Positions 12,040 through 23,385 of a stretch of DNA of 64,000 bases are shown here, one piece after another (the stretch's first letter is position 1; every line of letters begins with the position of its first letter). The stretch comes from Diplonema japonicum (lineage: Eukaryota; Protista; Euglenozoa: Diplonemea), in the NCBI GenBank assembly GCA_964019335.1, contig OZ025732.1, positions 1 through 64,000 on the forward strand, given 5' to 3'. Below the pieces are notes generated by a model. That model saw only the letters and a list, made by a program, of their open reading frames with translations, was not told where the DNA came from and searched no databases. A program made the position numbers and the translations under genes.

Positions 12040-13505
12040 CAAGACCCATGGGCCAAAGAATGGGGTCTGAAGCTGTCCCGCAAAAAGACGTGCTACATGA
12101 GGACGGGCGGAAAGGCACTGTACTTCATGGACGGCACGCAAAAAACGGAAGTGAAATATGAGAAGAATCCCGTGTTCCTGGAGGTTCGACGAAGAAGTGA
12201 ACTTCAAGGCGCACGTTGAATATGTGATCACCCGACTTGAGGAAAGAATCAAGTGATGCTAGCGCTGGCAGGCACGGAGTGGGGGTGTATGGCGTCCGCC
12301 CTCAGGGCGCTGTGTCTGATGTATGCACTGCCAGTAGTGACATATGCGCTCGGGGTGTACGGACCAACGCTAAAAGGAAGAGATCAAGAACCTGCAATTG
12401 GTGCATAACGAAGCGGTCAGATGTATCACCGGATGCAAGCGTTCAACCCCCGTCGAAGTTCTGCTGAGGGTAGCCCGGCTCTGGCCAATCGAAGACATGA
12501 TAGGATATGAGACATCCACATGGTACGAACGGTTCCGGAGGATGGAAGGCACCAGCGGACACCAGGCAGCTCAAGGAGAACGAAAGGAGAGCGAGCATGG
12601 CTTCACGAGGCTCAAAAACGAGGAAAAAGCCTGAAGATGGAGCAACACCCGCGAGCGCCGCTGCACAGAAAGGGAGCCATCCCACCGTGGGAGTGGAACA
12701 GCTGGAGAGGCTGGTCATCGTGGCGAAGGGGTAAAGAGGCTGGAAGCGAAACAAAAAACAGCAGCCCTCGAAGTAGTCGCAAAGCTACCGAAAGCCGACA
12801 TCACTGTCTACACCGATGGGTCAGTCGAGGAAGGCAAGGGCGGAACGGGTGTTGTGATAGAAAGAACAGAGGGAGCGACGACCGGGATAAGCGCAGGCGT
12901 CGGCGACCTATGCGACAGCTTCCAAGCAGAGATGTGCGCAATCAACACAGCGCTTGCGAGGCTCGTGAAGGAGGACACGCAAGGGATGCAGATCAACCTG
13001 CTGACAGACTCTATGGCGTGTCTGCTGAAATTAAGACAAGGACCCGCAAGGCAACAAGAAGACATGGTGGTCGAGGCATGGCACAACATACACGCGCTGG
13101 CAACGAGAGGAAACCACCTCACGTGCTGCTTTATCCCAGGCCACTGCGGAATAGAAGGAAACGAGGAGGCAGACCAACTCGCCAGCGACAGCAGAGACAA
13201 AGAAACAACACAGAAGATAAGCATGGGTGTGGCAAAGAACCACCTAAGAAAAGCTGGGAAGCGGGAAATATTAGCAGGATTGAACAAGGAAAAGACATAC
13301 AATAAGTGGGCAGGTAGAACGGAAGCACCAAAGAAGATGGAAGGGCTGAACAGGAAGGAAGAAGTGCTGATCAACACCAGCTAAAGACTGGGCACCATGA
13401 CCTGCTGAAGGTGGGATACGCCGAGCAGCGAATTTGCGTGAAGTGCGGCCCCAACACGAAGCGAACCCTCCAACATCTCTTCCTAGACTGTCCGTCATCC
13501 AAAGC
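12040..13505 (+). mobile_element. Frameshifted LINE family B fragment (RT thumb, RNase H, CCHC)
   Basis: Homologous to 8830-10060 and 49280-50415; FIPGHCGIEGNEEAD; LKTGHH..CVKC..HLFLDC. Confidence 0.85.
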
Positions 13506-13506
13506 A

Positions 13507-13880
13507 AACCCGGGTGTGCAGAACAAATTATTATCTATCCATGCAATATGACTTCCGGGGGTACCGTGAACCGCGGCAGATCCGAGCGCGAGGCAGACAT
13601 GCTGAGCCCCCTGCAGGGCAGCCCGATAGCCCATCGGCAGACAAATCATCCTCAGAAAGCAAGTCCCAGCCCCATGTCCGCCTTTGACCCTCAGCGAAAA
13701 AAAACGGCCTGACACGGGGGGGCAGTCCGAATTGGTAAAAAAAGGACTTGAAATCAAACTCTGCACAGAACTCGGTCCCCATCAGGGTTGAAATGATATT
13801 CTTGTAAGACGGCAAGCTAGTCCTGGAGGCAGTGGAAGCACGGGGAGGAGGCTCTCGCGGACGGTTCAACCAGACCCATG
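13507..13880 (-). mobile_element. VIPER/DIRS-like (tyrosine recombinase retrotransposon) RT fragment
   Basis: FDFKSFFYQF, LPMGYRAA and WIDN across two frames. Confidence 0.7.
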
Positions 13881-14065
13881 CACCGGAGACTCACCACATG
13901 TGGGCGTAACTTACGGTCCGGGTGTCCTCCTGTACTCCAAGTCCACGATACCCTCTCAAGGAAGGCCGGGTCCTACTTTGGGGAAGACCCCTCTCCTGAT
14001 CACCTACAACACACAGAGGAACAAACGCCCGGATCCCGAGGACGGTCCCACACGGCTCCTGAACA

Positions 14066-14330
14066 GGTATCATCTACCTCGTTGTCGACAAACACGGCGA
14101 ACCTGTGTACGCGGGGCAGACGTTTAACACTTTGCGTCGCCGTATGCAAGGCCATTGGAGCAGCGCTAATACGCACAGGGGGAGCGGTGAAAGCGACGAC
14201 ACCCGCTTCCACAAAGCCCTCAGGGATAACGGGTTCCCGCTCTACGCTTTCCCCATCGAGCTGATCAACCCCAGATTCTTCGACAACGCCAGCTCCTTCC
14301 CAGGGAGAACCAGTACATCAATAGGCTGGC
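14066..14330 (+). CDS. GIY-YIG endonuclease fragment of the PLE
   Basis: G-I-I-Y ... Y-A-G-Q-T ... R-R-R-M-Q-G-H, read in the frame of ORF 14105 extended upstream to 14066. Confidence 0.8.
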
Positions 14331-14516
14331 CTGCTCCCTCAACATGCGGGGGAGGTTTGCCAAGACGCAGACTCGTCGCCGCCGCAACACGAAACGTAAG
14401 CCCAAGGCAGCACGTAAGCAACAGCAGCAGCAACAGCAACAACAACAACAGCGGCACCAACAGCAGGGGCGCTCGAATGCCCAACAGGCCCCCAGCCGCG
14501 ACACAAGCAGCAGTAC

Positions 14517-15590
14517 GTGGCTTTCAAAAACCTGTCCCCGGCTACCTACGACTTCCGGGACATGTACACCAACCTCGACCAAGAACGGCTGAAGGAGGGG
14601 GTTCGTACAGCAGTCCAAGAAGCGTTCGATTTTACCGGCAAGAACCTCACCCGTGGCAAGGACGAGAGCTCTTTCACGGACGCCGACGGGGACGACGTCT
14701 ACACCCCGGAACGGATTCAAAAGCTCCTGGACCTCGTCGTTGACAACGCATATGTCGTGCAGGGCGGCCGTGCTGTTCGTCAAGTAAAAGGCATCCCCAT
14801 GGGCGGGAATGCCTCCCCCGACCTGGCGAACCTGTTCTGCTACGCCGTGGAGGCCGCGTACATCGACAAACTCCTTGCCGAAGAGGACTGGGAGACCTTG
14901 AAGCGCTTCTGCAACGCGTATCGCTACATCGACGACTTCCTGTTGTGGAGCACTGCGCCACCTCCAGAGGATCTCTACGGCATGGCATACGTAAAGACCT
15001 CATCCGACCCGTGCGACGTCCCCTTTATCGGGATCCGCATCCGGATAGAGCGCCACGAGCAGCCTAAGTACAACTACATTAGGCTCAGCATAAACGACAA
15101 GGCCCAGAACTGGCGCTTCCGGCCTACTCGTTTCACCCACGGGCACACCGTGGCCCCCACCACCCAGGGTCCAGGCATCTTCAAAGGCATGGTCATCCGT
15201 GCCTGCGCCCTGACCAACAACATCGCGGACCTCAGACGGGAGATCTACCTGCTTTTGGACCGCGGTCACGACAGGGGTGGCCTGCGGAAGGCGTACAACG
15301 CCTTCCTCATCGAGCGCGTGGACCGGCTCTTTGCCTCGGAGAGAAAGCACCTGCGGGCCTTTTTCTCTAAGGTCCTTCAACAATACAAGGCCAAAGACCC
15401 GGTTGTTTCCTGGCTGCCGGAGCAAACGTACGTAGGTCCCAAGAAACCTCGTTCATCGCCCCCCTCGGACAACCCCTCGGCCGGTTCCTCAGGCGACTCC
15501 ACGGACGGCCCCTCAGGCAAGCCCTTGGGTAGTACCTCAGGCAGCTCCTCGGATAGCTTCAGGTTTAGCTGGACCGGCACTACCCCGAGC
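14517..15590 (+). CDS. PLE reverse transcriptase (motif A to thumb)
   Basis: TYDFRDMYTNL, QVKGIPMGGNASPDLANLF, YRYIDD. Confidence 0.9.
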
Positions 15591-15597
15591 AGCCTCC

Positions 15598-18399
15598 GTG
15601 GTCTCACCATCCGATGCCGCGGATCAGGTGTTTGCGCCCCCCATCAACCTGCACAACAAAAGTGGGGAGGGTCGTTGGGGCCTGGAATGCGGTTGGGCCG
15701 TCATAAACTGGTTGGCAGAGTATGCCGGGGTGGATCGCATCCCCTTCTCTACAATGCAAGAGATTCAGAAGATGTACCACGGCTTCGCACGAAGCGTCAA
15801 CCCTTCCGACAATGCAGAAGCGCCCGATCCTCTTGGCAACTTCTCCCGCTCAACCATGTCACGCGCCTGCCTCATGGTAGTCGGAGCAAAACTGGTAACT
15901 TTCAGCGCGGGCATGAAAGCCCCTTGTCTGATCATCGGTCCCCTGAAACGCAGTCGCAGCGGCCACTGGATTATCGCTCTCCTTACAAACGGACGGTACG
16001 TCGTTAAAGACACCGACAAAAAGTTAAGAACCCAGCGTGTCCAACAGCTTTGCACGACCTACTGCGAGCACAACATCCTCTGCATCACAGACAAGACGTG
16101 GGCCGAGACAGCCCCGGGCAGGAAACACATTACACGTGTTCTTGACCCCGAGGCAGAGCGCCGCGAGTTAGAGCCGGTCGTCACCCCGGCGGCACCGCAG
16201 GCAAGCTACTCGAATCCAGAAACGGCTGAGGGTGCTGTCAACACCCCGGATGACCGCACCCTCCTTATCTACGTCGCCAAGGCCGCAGCCGTAGCTGCAC
16301 ATGCCACACGCGTCAGACGGTCTGACACGACAGCCGCCGCTCCAGCTATGACTACACACACCGCTCACATCGAGCGTCCCGTCGCCATAACCTTCGTGAC
16401 CCTAGTTGCCGCTGTGGCCGCCCGGGCTGTGCACACCGGATGCTCTGTCGCCACCACATCTGCGGCGAGCCAGACAGACTTAGTTGGAACGATCCCACTT
16501 TTCCCGAAGGTCGCAAGTTTGCGGAAGTCTGCGCCACAGATAGCAGTCGCAGCCTGTCAGACGGACCCAACCGCAACACCTGTGCTGTTCTCGTCTTCCG
16601 TAGCCCTCCAGACATCCCCTCTTAGTAGCAAGCTGTCCCCAATATACGCGGAATTGAGGACGCCCATGGCCGCGCCGATCAAGCTTTTCACGAAGTCGGC
16701 AGAACTACAGACACCCGTTTCACTAGAGGTCAGGCTATTCACAAGGTCCATGGAACTGAGGACGCCTGCGACCTCGGCCAGGCCGGTTTCGGAGGATACA
16801 GAACCGCGATCGCTTGCAGCTTCTACACCCCGCGTGACTCTGCTGAGGCGGACGAATGCTGGGCCGCAGTTGACACCGTGCCAGCCGCTATCAACGAGCG
16901 TGGCACCCTCTGAGCTCGCGGTCTGCACCGGGCACGGGATTGACACACCGATGCCGTCTGGCATGGGACACGTGACACTCCAACCGGTTATCAGCACCCA
17001 GAGGGAATCGACGTCGGCTGCGGAGCCATCTCTAGTCCGAGTCGAGGCGACGACGCCCGATTCGGCAGGGGGCCCCCTGGGCATCCACCAGACGATTGGA
17101 GCCCTAGTGACGGTCCCTGGGGCCGCCCAGCTTACGGTATGCACCCAGTCCGCCCATCAGGACATCGGGCTCGGGATTGATACGCCGATGCCTCCCGGCA
17201 TGGGACACGCGACACTCCAACCGGCGGTCGGCGTCCAAACACTGACCCTGGAGGCGCCCGTTGCCCGAACCGAGGGATTTGCCCCCCTTGACCCTCCTCA
17301 AACAAGCGGGGCCCCAGAGGTGATCGACCTCACGCAGGACTCCCCGGACAAACCCTCGCGTAAGAAGAAGCACGACGGCACTGCATACGAGCACGAAAGC
17401 CGTCGTGGTAAGAGTTCTACATCCACCGACGACGAAGGGCTTCTCATCCTGCGCGAACAGTCCCAGGGCCTTGACCAGGATGCCCTCGACCGAAGGCTCC
17501 TCCAGAGACGGATGGACCGCTACCTCAGTCTCTTGGTCTACTTCCGACAGCGACCGGAGCTCTTGGACGAACACCAGAGACGGATCCTGGCGGTCGGGTC
17601 CCTCCCGAAGCACCTGGACACCCCTCCACATCAACTGCTGCTCGAGGCTCGTGACGCGGTCAGAACTGACCAACAAGTAACTGTCGCCAACCAAGAGCAA
17701 CTACTTGTGACTGCGCACAACGCACTGCCTGAGTCCGAGCGTCTCCGGCTGTCTCACGAGTGGCACTCGGGACTGAACACCCCGGTGCAGCAACATTGGT
17801 GGTCGGAGTTCTTCGCCCGAGGTGGATGGAAGCACCCGCTCTTTGGCTCCGAGACCCCAGGAGGCGATAAAGCTAGACCTTCGGGGAAGACCCCTCTCCT
17901 GATCACCTACAACGCACAGAGGAACAAACGCCCGGAGCCCGAGGACGGTCCCACACTCCCCGCGGCCAAGCGAGATCTCGCCGCGACGCGGCCGAACACC
18001 AGGATCACTGGGCTCGTCGCCCTTCGGAGGCTCACCAAGGATGCAGGCGTCGACGGCCCTGAGGACCTGGATGAGCTTCGGTATCTGGGCTTTCTTTCCA
18101 GGGGCGAGGCCACTTTTGACCCCAATTGCATGTCCGGGGCGTGCACTCACTTCTTGGGTGAGGCCCCCCTGGTCGCGGTCCCCCTCGACACACGGGTTGT
18201 GATCCCGTGCCTGCTGGTCTGTCACGGTTCGACGTGGCACTACGCATCCCGCCAGGAACAAGGCTTTCTGCTGCAAACCCAAGGGTTCGGGGACAAGTCC
18301 TACTCGACCGTGGCAGCCCTGCTCGCTGACTTTGTAGGGGCCGGGACCCTCTATTACAACGAGTCGCAGTGGTCGACTGTCCTGCATTCCTACAACTAG
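15598..18399 (+). CDS. PLE C-terminal extension: Josephin-like cysteine protease domain, low-complexity linker, degenerate second protease-like domain
   Basis: ECGWAVINWL, DPLGNFS, GHWIIAL, YVVKD. Continuous with the RT thumb in the copy at 56888-60004. Confidence 0.65.
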   Translation: MVSPSDAADQVFAPPINLHNKSGEGRWGLECGWAVINWLAEYAGVDRIPFSTMQEIQKMYHGFARSVNPSDNAEAPDPLGNFSRSTMSRACLMVVGAKLVTFSAGMKAPCLIIGPLKRSRSGHWIIALLTNGRYVVKDTDKKLRTQRVQQLCTTYCEHNILCITDKTWAETAPGRKHITRVLDPEAERRELEPVVTPAAPQASYSNPETAEGAVNTPDDRTLLIYVAKAAAVAAHATRVRRSDTTAAAPAMTTHTAHIERPVAITFVTLVAAVAARAVHTGCSVATTSAASQTDLVGTIPLFPKVASLRKSAPQIAVAACQTDPTATPVLFSSSVALQTSPLSSKLSPIYAELRTPMAAPIKLFTKSAELQTPVSLEVRLFTRSMELRTPATSARPVSEDTEPRSLAASTPRVTLLRRTNAGPQLTPCQPLSTSVAPSELAVCTGHGIDTPMPSGMGHVTLQPVISTQRESTSAAEPSLVRVEATTPDSAGGPLGIHQTIGALVTVPGAAQLTVCTQSAHQDIGLGIDTPMPPGMGHATLQPAVGVQTLTLEAPVARTEGFAPLDPPQTSGAPEVIDLTQDSPDKPSRKKKHDGTAYEHESRRGKSSTSTDDEGLLILREQSQGLDQDALDRRLLQRRMDRYLSLLVYFRQRPELLDEHQRRILAVGSLPKHLDTPPHQLLLEARDAVRTDQQVTVANQEQLLVTAHNALPESERLRLSHEWHSGLNTPVQQHWWSEFFARGGWKHPLFGSETPGGDKARPSGKTPLLITYNAQRNKRPEPEDGPTLPAAKRDLAATRPNTRITGLVALRRLTKDAGVDGPEDLDELRYLGFLSRGEATFDPNCMSGACTHFLGEAPLVAVPLDTRVVIPCLLVCHGSTWHYASRQEQGFLLQTQGFGDKSYSTVAALLADFVGAGTLYYNESQWSTVLHSYN

Positions 18400-18892
18400 G
18401 AACAATCGGAAACAACCCTACACAATGTAGGAGTGCCGGCCCGGCGTGCTACGAGGGCGATAGGCGATGCAAGGTTTCACAGACCTCGCACCCTATTATT
18501 TAGTTTCCACCCTTTCCATTTTCTTTCCAATTTTAAACTTGTTATTACCCTTTCTGCTTTTTCCTTTTCCTACATGTTTTCGGTCCCGGGTATGACGTTA
18601 AACTGCGTCCGCCGACGCGTCTGAACCAGCACTTCCTGGCGACCAGGCCGTCTTTTCTCTTTTCCTTCTTCACTTCGTTCCGTTATTTTCATCATTCTTT
18701 CCGGCGATAGACTGATACGGGCCATGGAAGCAACCTCTGCTTAATTCCTGGTATGTGGGAGGCTCCTCTTGAGGATGTCAGTCACCTTTTTCCCTTTATA
18801 TTCGACTCTCTGTTTTCGCATGCAGTATTTATTCTTTTCCACCCCTTTTTATCTATTTCTCCGCTTCTCTATTCTAACTTAAAATCATTTCA

Positions 18893-19830
18893 GGTACCTC
18901 CGGCACAGAGCTTCGAACCTGAGCGAAGCCTCCTTCAACGTATCCAGGTCCTTGTCAATGAGCACGATGTTGTCCAGCCAGACGACAGCCAGGACGGATG
19001 AATTTCTCACAGACTCGTTAGCTACACATCTGGCGACGGCTTGACCCAGCTGCGGTGCGGCTCGGTATCCTATTGCAAGCCTCTGCAAGATATTCCCATC
19101 CGCTCTGAACGAGAAGAAAGGCCGCGATTCCCTGTGCAGCTCAAACTGGAAAAACCATGATTTGAAATCGTGCTCGATGAAGTAGGCTCCTCGGAACATG
19201 TCTCGACTATCTCACGATAGGAGGGGAAGTTACATGGCGGCAAGGGTAAGTGGCTCAGACTCTTGTTCAGGCCTGTGCAGGCGAGGATGAAGCGCAGCTA
19301 TCCAGGCTTTCGCTTCTTAACGCAAAATGCGCTATGAAAAAATGAACCGGCTCTGCTCCTCGGGGCTTTCACAGCGATGCCGACCAAGTGTCCTCGCGGC
19401 CTCCTCCAGCAGAGACAAGCCGTAGCATGTAACTGTGCAGCGTCGGAAGTAGATCCTTAGGCCATTTGCCTTCCTCGTCGCGAGTGCCAGATCCTCATAG
19501 ATTCGTGGCAACCCGCGTTGGCGTCACTCTCCGGCTTGTCCACGAAAGGACTGTAACGCAACCCGATCGCGGACAGGATTGCGTCCACCCCCGAAGGGCA
19601 ATCCAAGTAGGGGACCCATTCCACGACCCGCCGAAGATCCAGGTCAAACGGGACCCTGGTCTTCTTCTCCTTGTGCAGTGCCGCTAATTCGGCCTCCAGC
19701 GCTTCATGCTTCAGGGCCATCGCGTCGTTCCTCGCCACCATCAGCTGCACCAAACGGCGTACCGTCGGATCAGCGCGGCTTTCCGCCTCCGTCAGCAAGT
19801 CTACCTCAGCGACCCTGCCAGTGTCGGTTA
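18893..19830 (-). mobile_element. Degraded VIPER/DIRS-like element (gag-like and RT fragments)
   Basis: HDFKSWFFQF, LAIGYRAAP, VVWLDN in ORF 18885-19199; coiled-coil ORF 19457-19798 upstream on the same strand. Confidence 0.7.
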
Positions 19831-19982
19831 CCGTGGACAGTGGAAACTTTATTTATTACTTTTTTTCGCTTTTTATTCCCACTTGCAATATCATTTCAGC
19901 CACCTTCATTGATAGTTCCTCGTTTGCAAGATCACCTTCAAGCAGAAACACAACAACAAACAAGAAAAAAAGAAGAAAAGAA

Positions 19983-21214
19983 ATGAACGATATGACAGTG
20001 TTCGTGAAGACGGGAGGCGGGGTTCACGATGTGGAAGTGTCGGGGAAGGAGACAGTGGGGAGCCTGTACAAGAAGGCGGGGTGTGCTGCTGGTTTACTCG
20101 AAGGCAGGTTCAAACTGGTTTGGGAGGGTGAGGTCCTTGACATGAAAGGGGGTGAAGAGCTTCAGCAACTTGCCCTCGTGGGGGCTCCATGGTCCATGTG
20201 GAGGAGAACAAGAAAACAGTTCATTTGGAAGAGCTGAAGGACAGGAACTCAGAAGTACTTTCTGAGCTTGAGGGTCTTGTGTCAGCTGACCCTGAGCTTG
20301 TTCTGGTGGTGGAGGTGGGGGACTCTCCAGCTGTCGAAGTCTTGTCAATGAGCAGCAGTGACCTTCCTTCTGGACTTCAGTTCCTCGTTGTCACCGACTC
20401 CACAGGCTGTGTTACAAGTATAGACAACGATTTTCTTCGAGATTGCGACCACCTGACGTCTGTTGATCTCATCCTCCCCAATGTTTCCACCATTTCTTGT
20501 AGTTTTTTAGGACAGTGCAAAAACCTAGAAACAATTTACTTGAATGCGATGACCAATCTTTCTTCTGTTGGTGATCACTTCCTGTCAGGGTGCAAAAAAC
20601 TAGAAACCATCGACTTGAGTGCGATGACCAATCTTTCTTCTGTTGGTGATTACTTCGTGTCGTGGTGCGAAAATCTAGAAACCATCGACTTGAATGGGAT
20701 GACCAATCTTAATTCCATTGGCGTTGGCTTCTTGTCTGGGTGCGAAAAACTAGAAACCATCGACTTGAATTCGATGACCAATCTTTCTTACATTGGTCAT
20801 TACTTCTTGCATAGGTGCGAAAAACTAGAAACCATCGACTTTAATGGGATGACCAATCTTTCTTCTGTTGGTCATCACTTCTTGTGTGGGTGCGAAAAAC
20901 TAGAAACCATCGACTTGAATGCGATGACCAATCTTTCTTCTATTGGTAATTGCTTCTTGTCAGATTGCACCAAGTTAGAAATCATCGACTTGAATGCGAT
21001 GACCAATCTTTCTTCTATTGGTAGTTACTTCTTGTGTGAGTGCCATGGACTAGAAACCATCTACTTGAATGGGATGACCAATCTTTCTTCCATTGGTGAT
21101 CACTTCTTGTATAGGTGTGAAAAACTAAAAACCATAGTTTTGAGAGGAGGCACTGATACTTTTAACAGGCTTTTAGTGGCCAAGGTCCCACTGGGGGTAA
21201 GTATACAGATATAA
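19983..21214 (+). pseudogene. Ubl-LRR family member with 8 LRRs; 1-nt frameshift near 20180 (possibly a homopolymer error)
   Basis: MNDMTVFVKT Ubl in one frame and LRRs in ORF 20189-21214; GTGGGGGCTCC here versus GTGGAGGGCTCC in paralogs. Confidence 0.85.
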
Positions 21215-21799
21215 TAAAAAGAAATGTGAAATATTATATTCACTCCCACCCTTGAAAATCTGACTGGAGTTATATAGAAAAAAGAAAAAAAAAAAAAAAA
21301 AAAACACCCCTCTTTTTATAAGAACCCGCACACTCATCCTTTCATGTCCTTTTTTATCTTCCCCTTTCGTTTTTTTGTTTTTTTTTACATCATTCTCCCC
21401 CCCCGTCCCGTAATTTTTTCACACAAAACAGTGTTTTCCTCCTGATAGTTCAAAAAGAAAAAAAGAGGGAATAAGAAGAGATAAAAAAAAAGTAGGGAGT
21501 ATGGGGGGGAAAAAAAATGTGATCTATTTTTTTAGTACTTCCCTTTATTTTTTTTCGCTTTTCCTTCCAAAAAGCTTTGAAGAGGAAGAAAAAATCCACC
21601 CCCCCCCCCTTTGGTTTCTTCCCATATCCTCTCCCTTAAAGAAAGGACATAGTATTTTTTTATTTTGCTTTATTTTTTTCGGTTAAAAATTATCTTCCTT
21701 ACACGAGCATCATAGGGCTAGCATGAAGGCGTGCAACATCATAGGGCTAGCGTGAATATGAAGTACTTTATATTCGTGCATAAAGTAAATTTTCATTCC

Positions 21800-22070
21800 T
21801 GCGCTGGCTGAAGTGGCGAGGCATACACACGCTGACGAAGAATGGGAACTACCTCACATGCTGCTGCGTCCCAGGCTACTGCAGACGGGCTGGCGGAAAG
21901 AAGAGGCAACTCGAAAGATCAACATGGGCACAGCGAAGAACCACCTGCATCAGACAGAGAAGCAAGATATATTTGCTGGCTTAAAGAAGGAGAGGACAAA
22001 CTACAAGTGGGCAGGGAAGACAGAAGCACAAAAAGATGGTATGGCTCAGCAGAAAAGAAGAAGCAAGCAA
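21800..22070 (+). mobile_element. Short degraded LINE family B fragment (RNase H C-terminus)
   Basis: Similar to 9860-10055 (KINMGTAKNHLHQTEKQD). Confidence 0.75.
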
Positions 22071-22320
22071 ACAACAGGTTACCACCACATCCACACTCAT
22101 ACACACACGAGGAGGATGCTGCTGCGCTCCCTTATGTTCAAGCAGTGTGGGATTAGACTCGGACCTTTCTTGTCGAAGATGTTCGTTTTACAGTAGGTTT
22201 TTGTTTTTAGCGGATCTTCTTCTTCTTTATTTCACTTTCTGAGGCCTTCAGCGACAAGCACAGGGAAAATAAAAACAAAACAAGAAGTGTTTGGGGGGAA
22301 AAGAACGAAAAGACAAGAAC

Positions 22321-23385
22321 ATGAATGGCAAGAGAAAGACAGATGAAGGGGTGAACGATATGACAGTGTTCGTGAAGACGGGAGGTGGGGTTCACGATGT
22401 GGAAGTGTCGGGGAAGGAGACAGTGGGGAGCCTGTACAAGAAGGCGGGGTGTGCTGCTGGTTTACTCGAAGGCAGGTTCAAACTGGTTTGGGAGGGTGAG
22501 GTCCTGGATAGGTTCGGCGGTGAAGAGCTTCAGCAACTTGCCCTCGTGGAGGGCTCCGTGGTCCATGTGGAGGAGAACAAGAAAACAGTTCATTTGGAAG
22601 AGCTGAAGGACAAGAACTCAGGAGTGGTTTCTGAGCTTGAGGGTCTTGTGTCAGCTGACCCTGAGCTTGTTCTGGTGGTGGAGGTGGGGGACTCTCCAGC
22701 TGTCGAAGTCTTGTCCATGAGCAGCAGTGACCTTCCTTCTGGACTTCGGTTCCTCGTTGTCACCGACTCCACAGGCTGTGTTACAAGTATAGACGAGGGT
22801 TTTCTTCGGAAATGCAACCACCTGACGTCTGTCTCTCTCATCCTCCCCAATGTTTCTACTATTTATCATGACTTTTTAAAAGAGTGCAAAAATCTAGAAA
22901 CCATCGACTTGAAAGCGATGACCAATCTTTCTTCTGTTGGTGATTACTTCTTATTAGGGTGCAAAAAACTAGAAACAATTGACTTGAATGGGATGACCAA
23001 TCTTAATTCCATTGGTCATTGCTTCTTGTGTGCGAACGAAGAACTAGAAACCCTCGACTTTAGTTCGATGACCAATGTTTCTTCCATTGGTCGTAACTTC
23101 TTGTCTGGCTGCTACAAACTAAAAGCCATCGACTTGAGTTCAATGACCAATCTTTATTCCTTAGGAGAGTACTGCTTTTCATTCTGCAGCAAACTAAAAA
23201 CCATCGACCTAAGTTCGAAGCACTTTCTTTCTATTGGTGATTACTTTGTATATAATTGCGGGAGTCTAGAAACCATCGTTTTGAGAGGAGGCAGTGATAT
23301 TTCTGAGAGGTACATTAAAGATGGTCTTAGGGTGCCATCTTGGGTAAGCATACAGACCACAATGGGATGCCGTGTGGCAAATTAG
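22321..23385 (+). CDS. Ubl-LRR protein, 5 divergent LRRs
   Basis: Ubl-like N-terminus (TVFVKT..VEVSGKETVGSL..KLVWEGEVL..GSVVHV), N-cap, 25-aa LRRs, LETIVLRGG cap. Confidence 0.85.
   Translation: MNGKRKTDEGVNDMTVFVKTGGGVHDVEVSGKETVGSLYKKAGCAAGLLEGRFKLVWEGEVLDRFGGEELQQLALVEGSVVHVEENKKTVHLEELKDKNSGVVSELEGLVSADPELVLVVEVGDSPAVEVLSMSSSDLPSGLRFLVVTDSTGCVTSIDEGFLRKCNHLTSVSLILPNVSTIYHDFLKECKNLETIDLKAMTNLSSVGDYFLLGCKKLETIDLNGMTNLNSIGHCFLCANEELETLDFSSMTNVSSIGRNFLSGCYKLKAIDLSSMTNLYSLGEYCFSFCSKLKTIDLSSKHFLSIGDYFVYNCGSLETIVLRGGSDISERYIKDGLRVPSWVSIQTTMGCRVAN

Larger units (their letters stand above)
14063..18892 (+). mobile_element. Penelope-like element, GIY-YIG-first (Naiad/Chlamys-type) architecture, subfamily A; internally deleted and frameshifted
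   Basis: GIIYLVVDKHGEPVYAGQT..RRRMQGH from 14066; RT motifs YDFRDMYTNL, GIPMGGNASPDLANL, YRYIDD, FIGI; long C-terminal extension; conserved 3' UTR ending CATTTCAG. Confidence 0.85.

Noticed and set aside
18070-18340. SH2-like reading of the PLE C-terminus (YLGFLSRGEA..YSTVAALL)
   Set aside because: No FLVR arginine motif; internal duplication of the protease domain explains more residues
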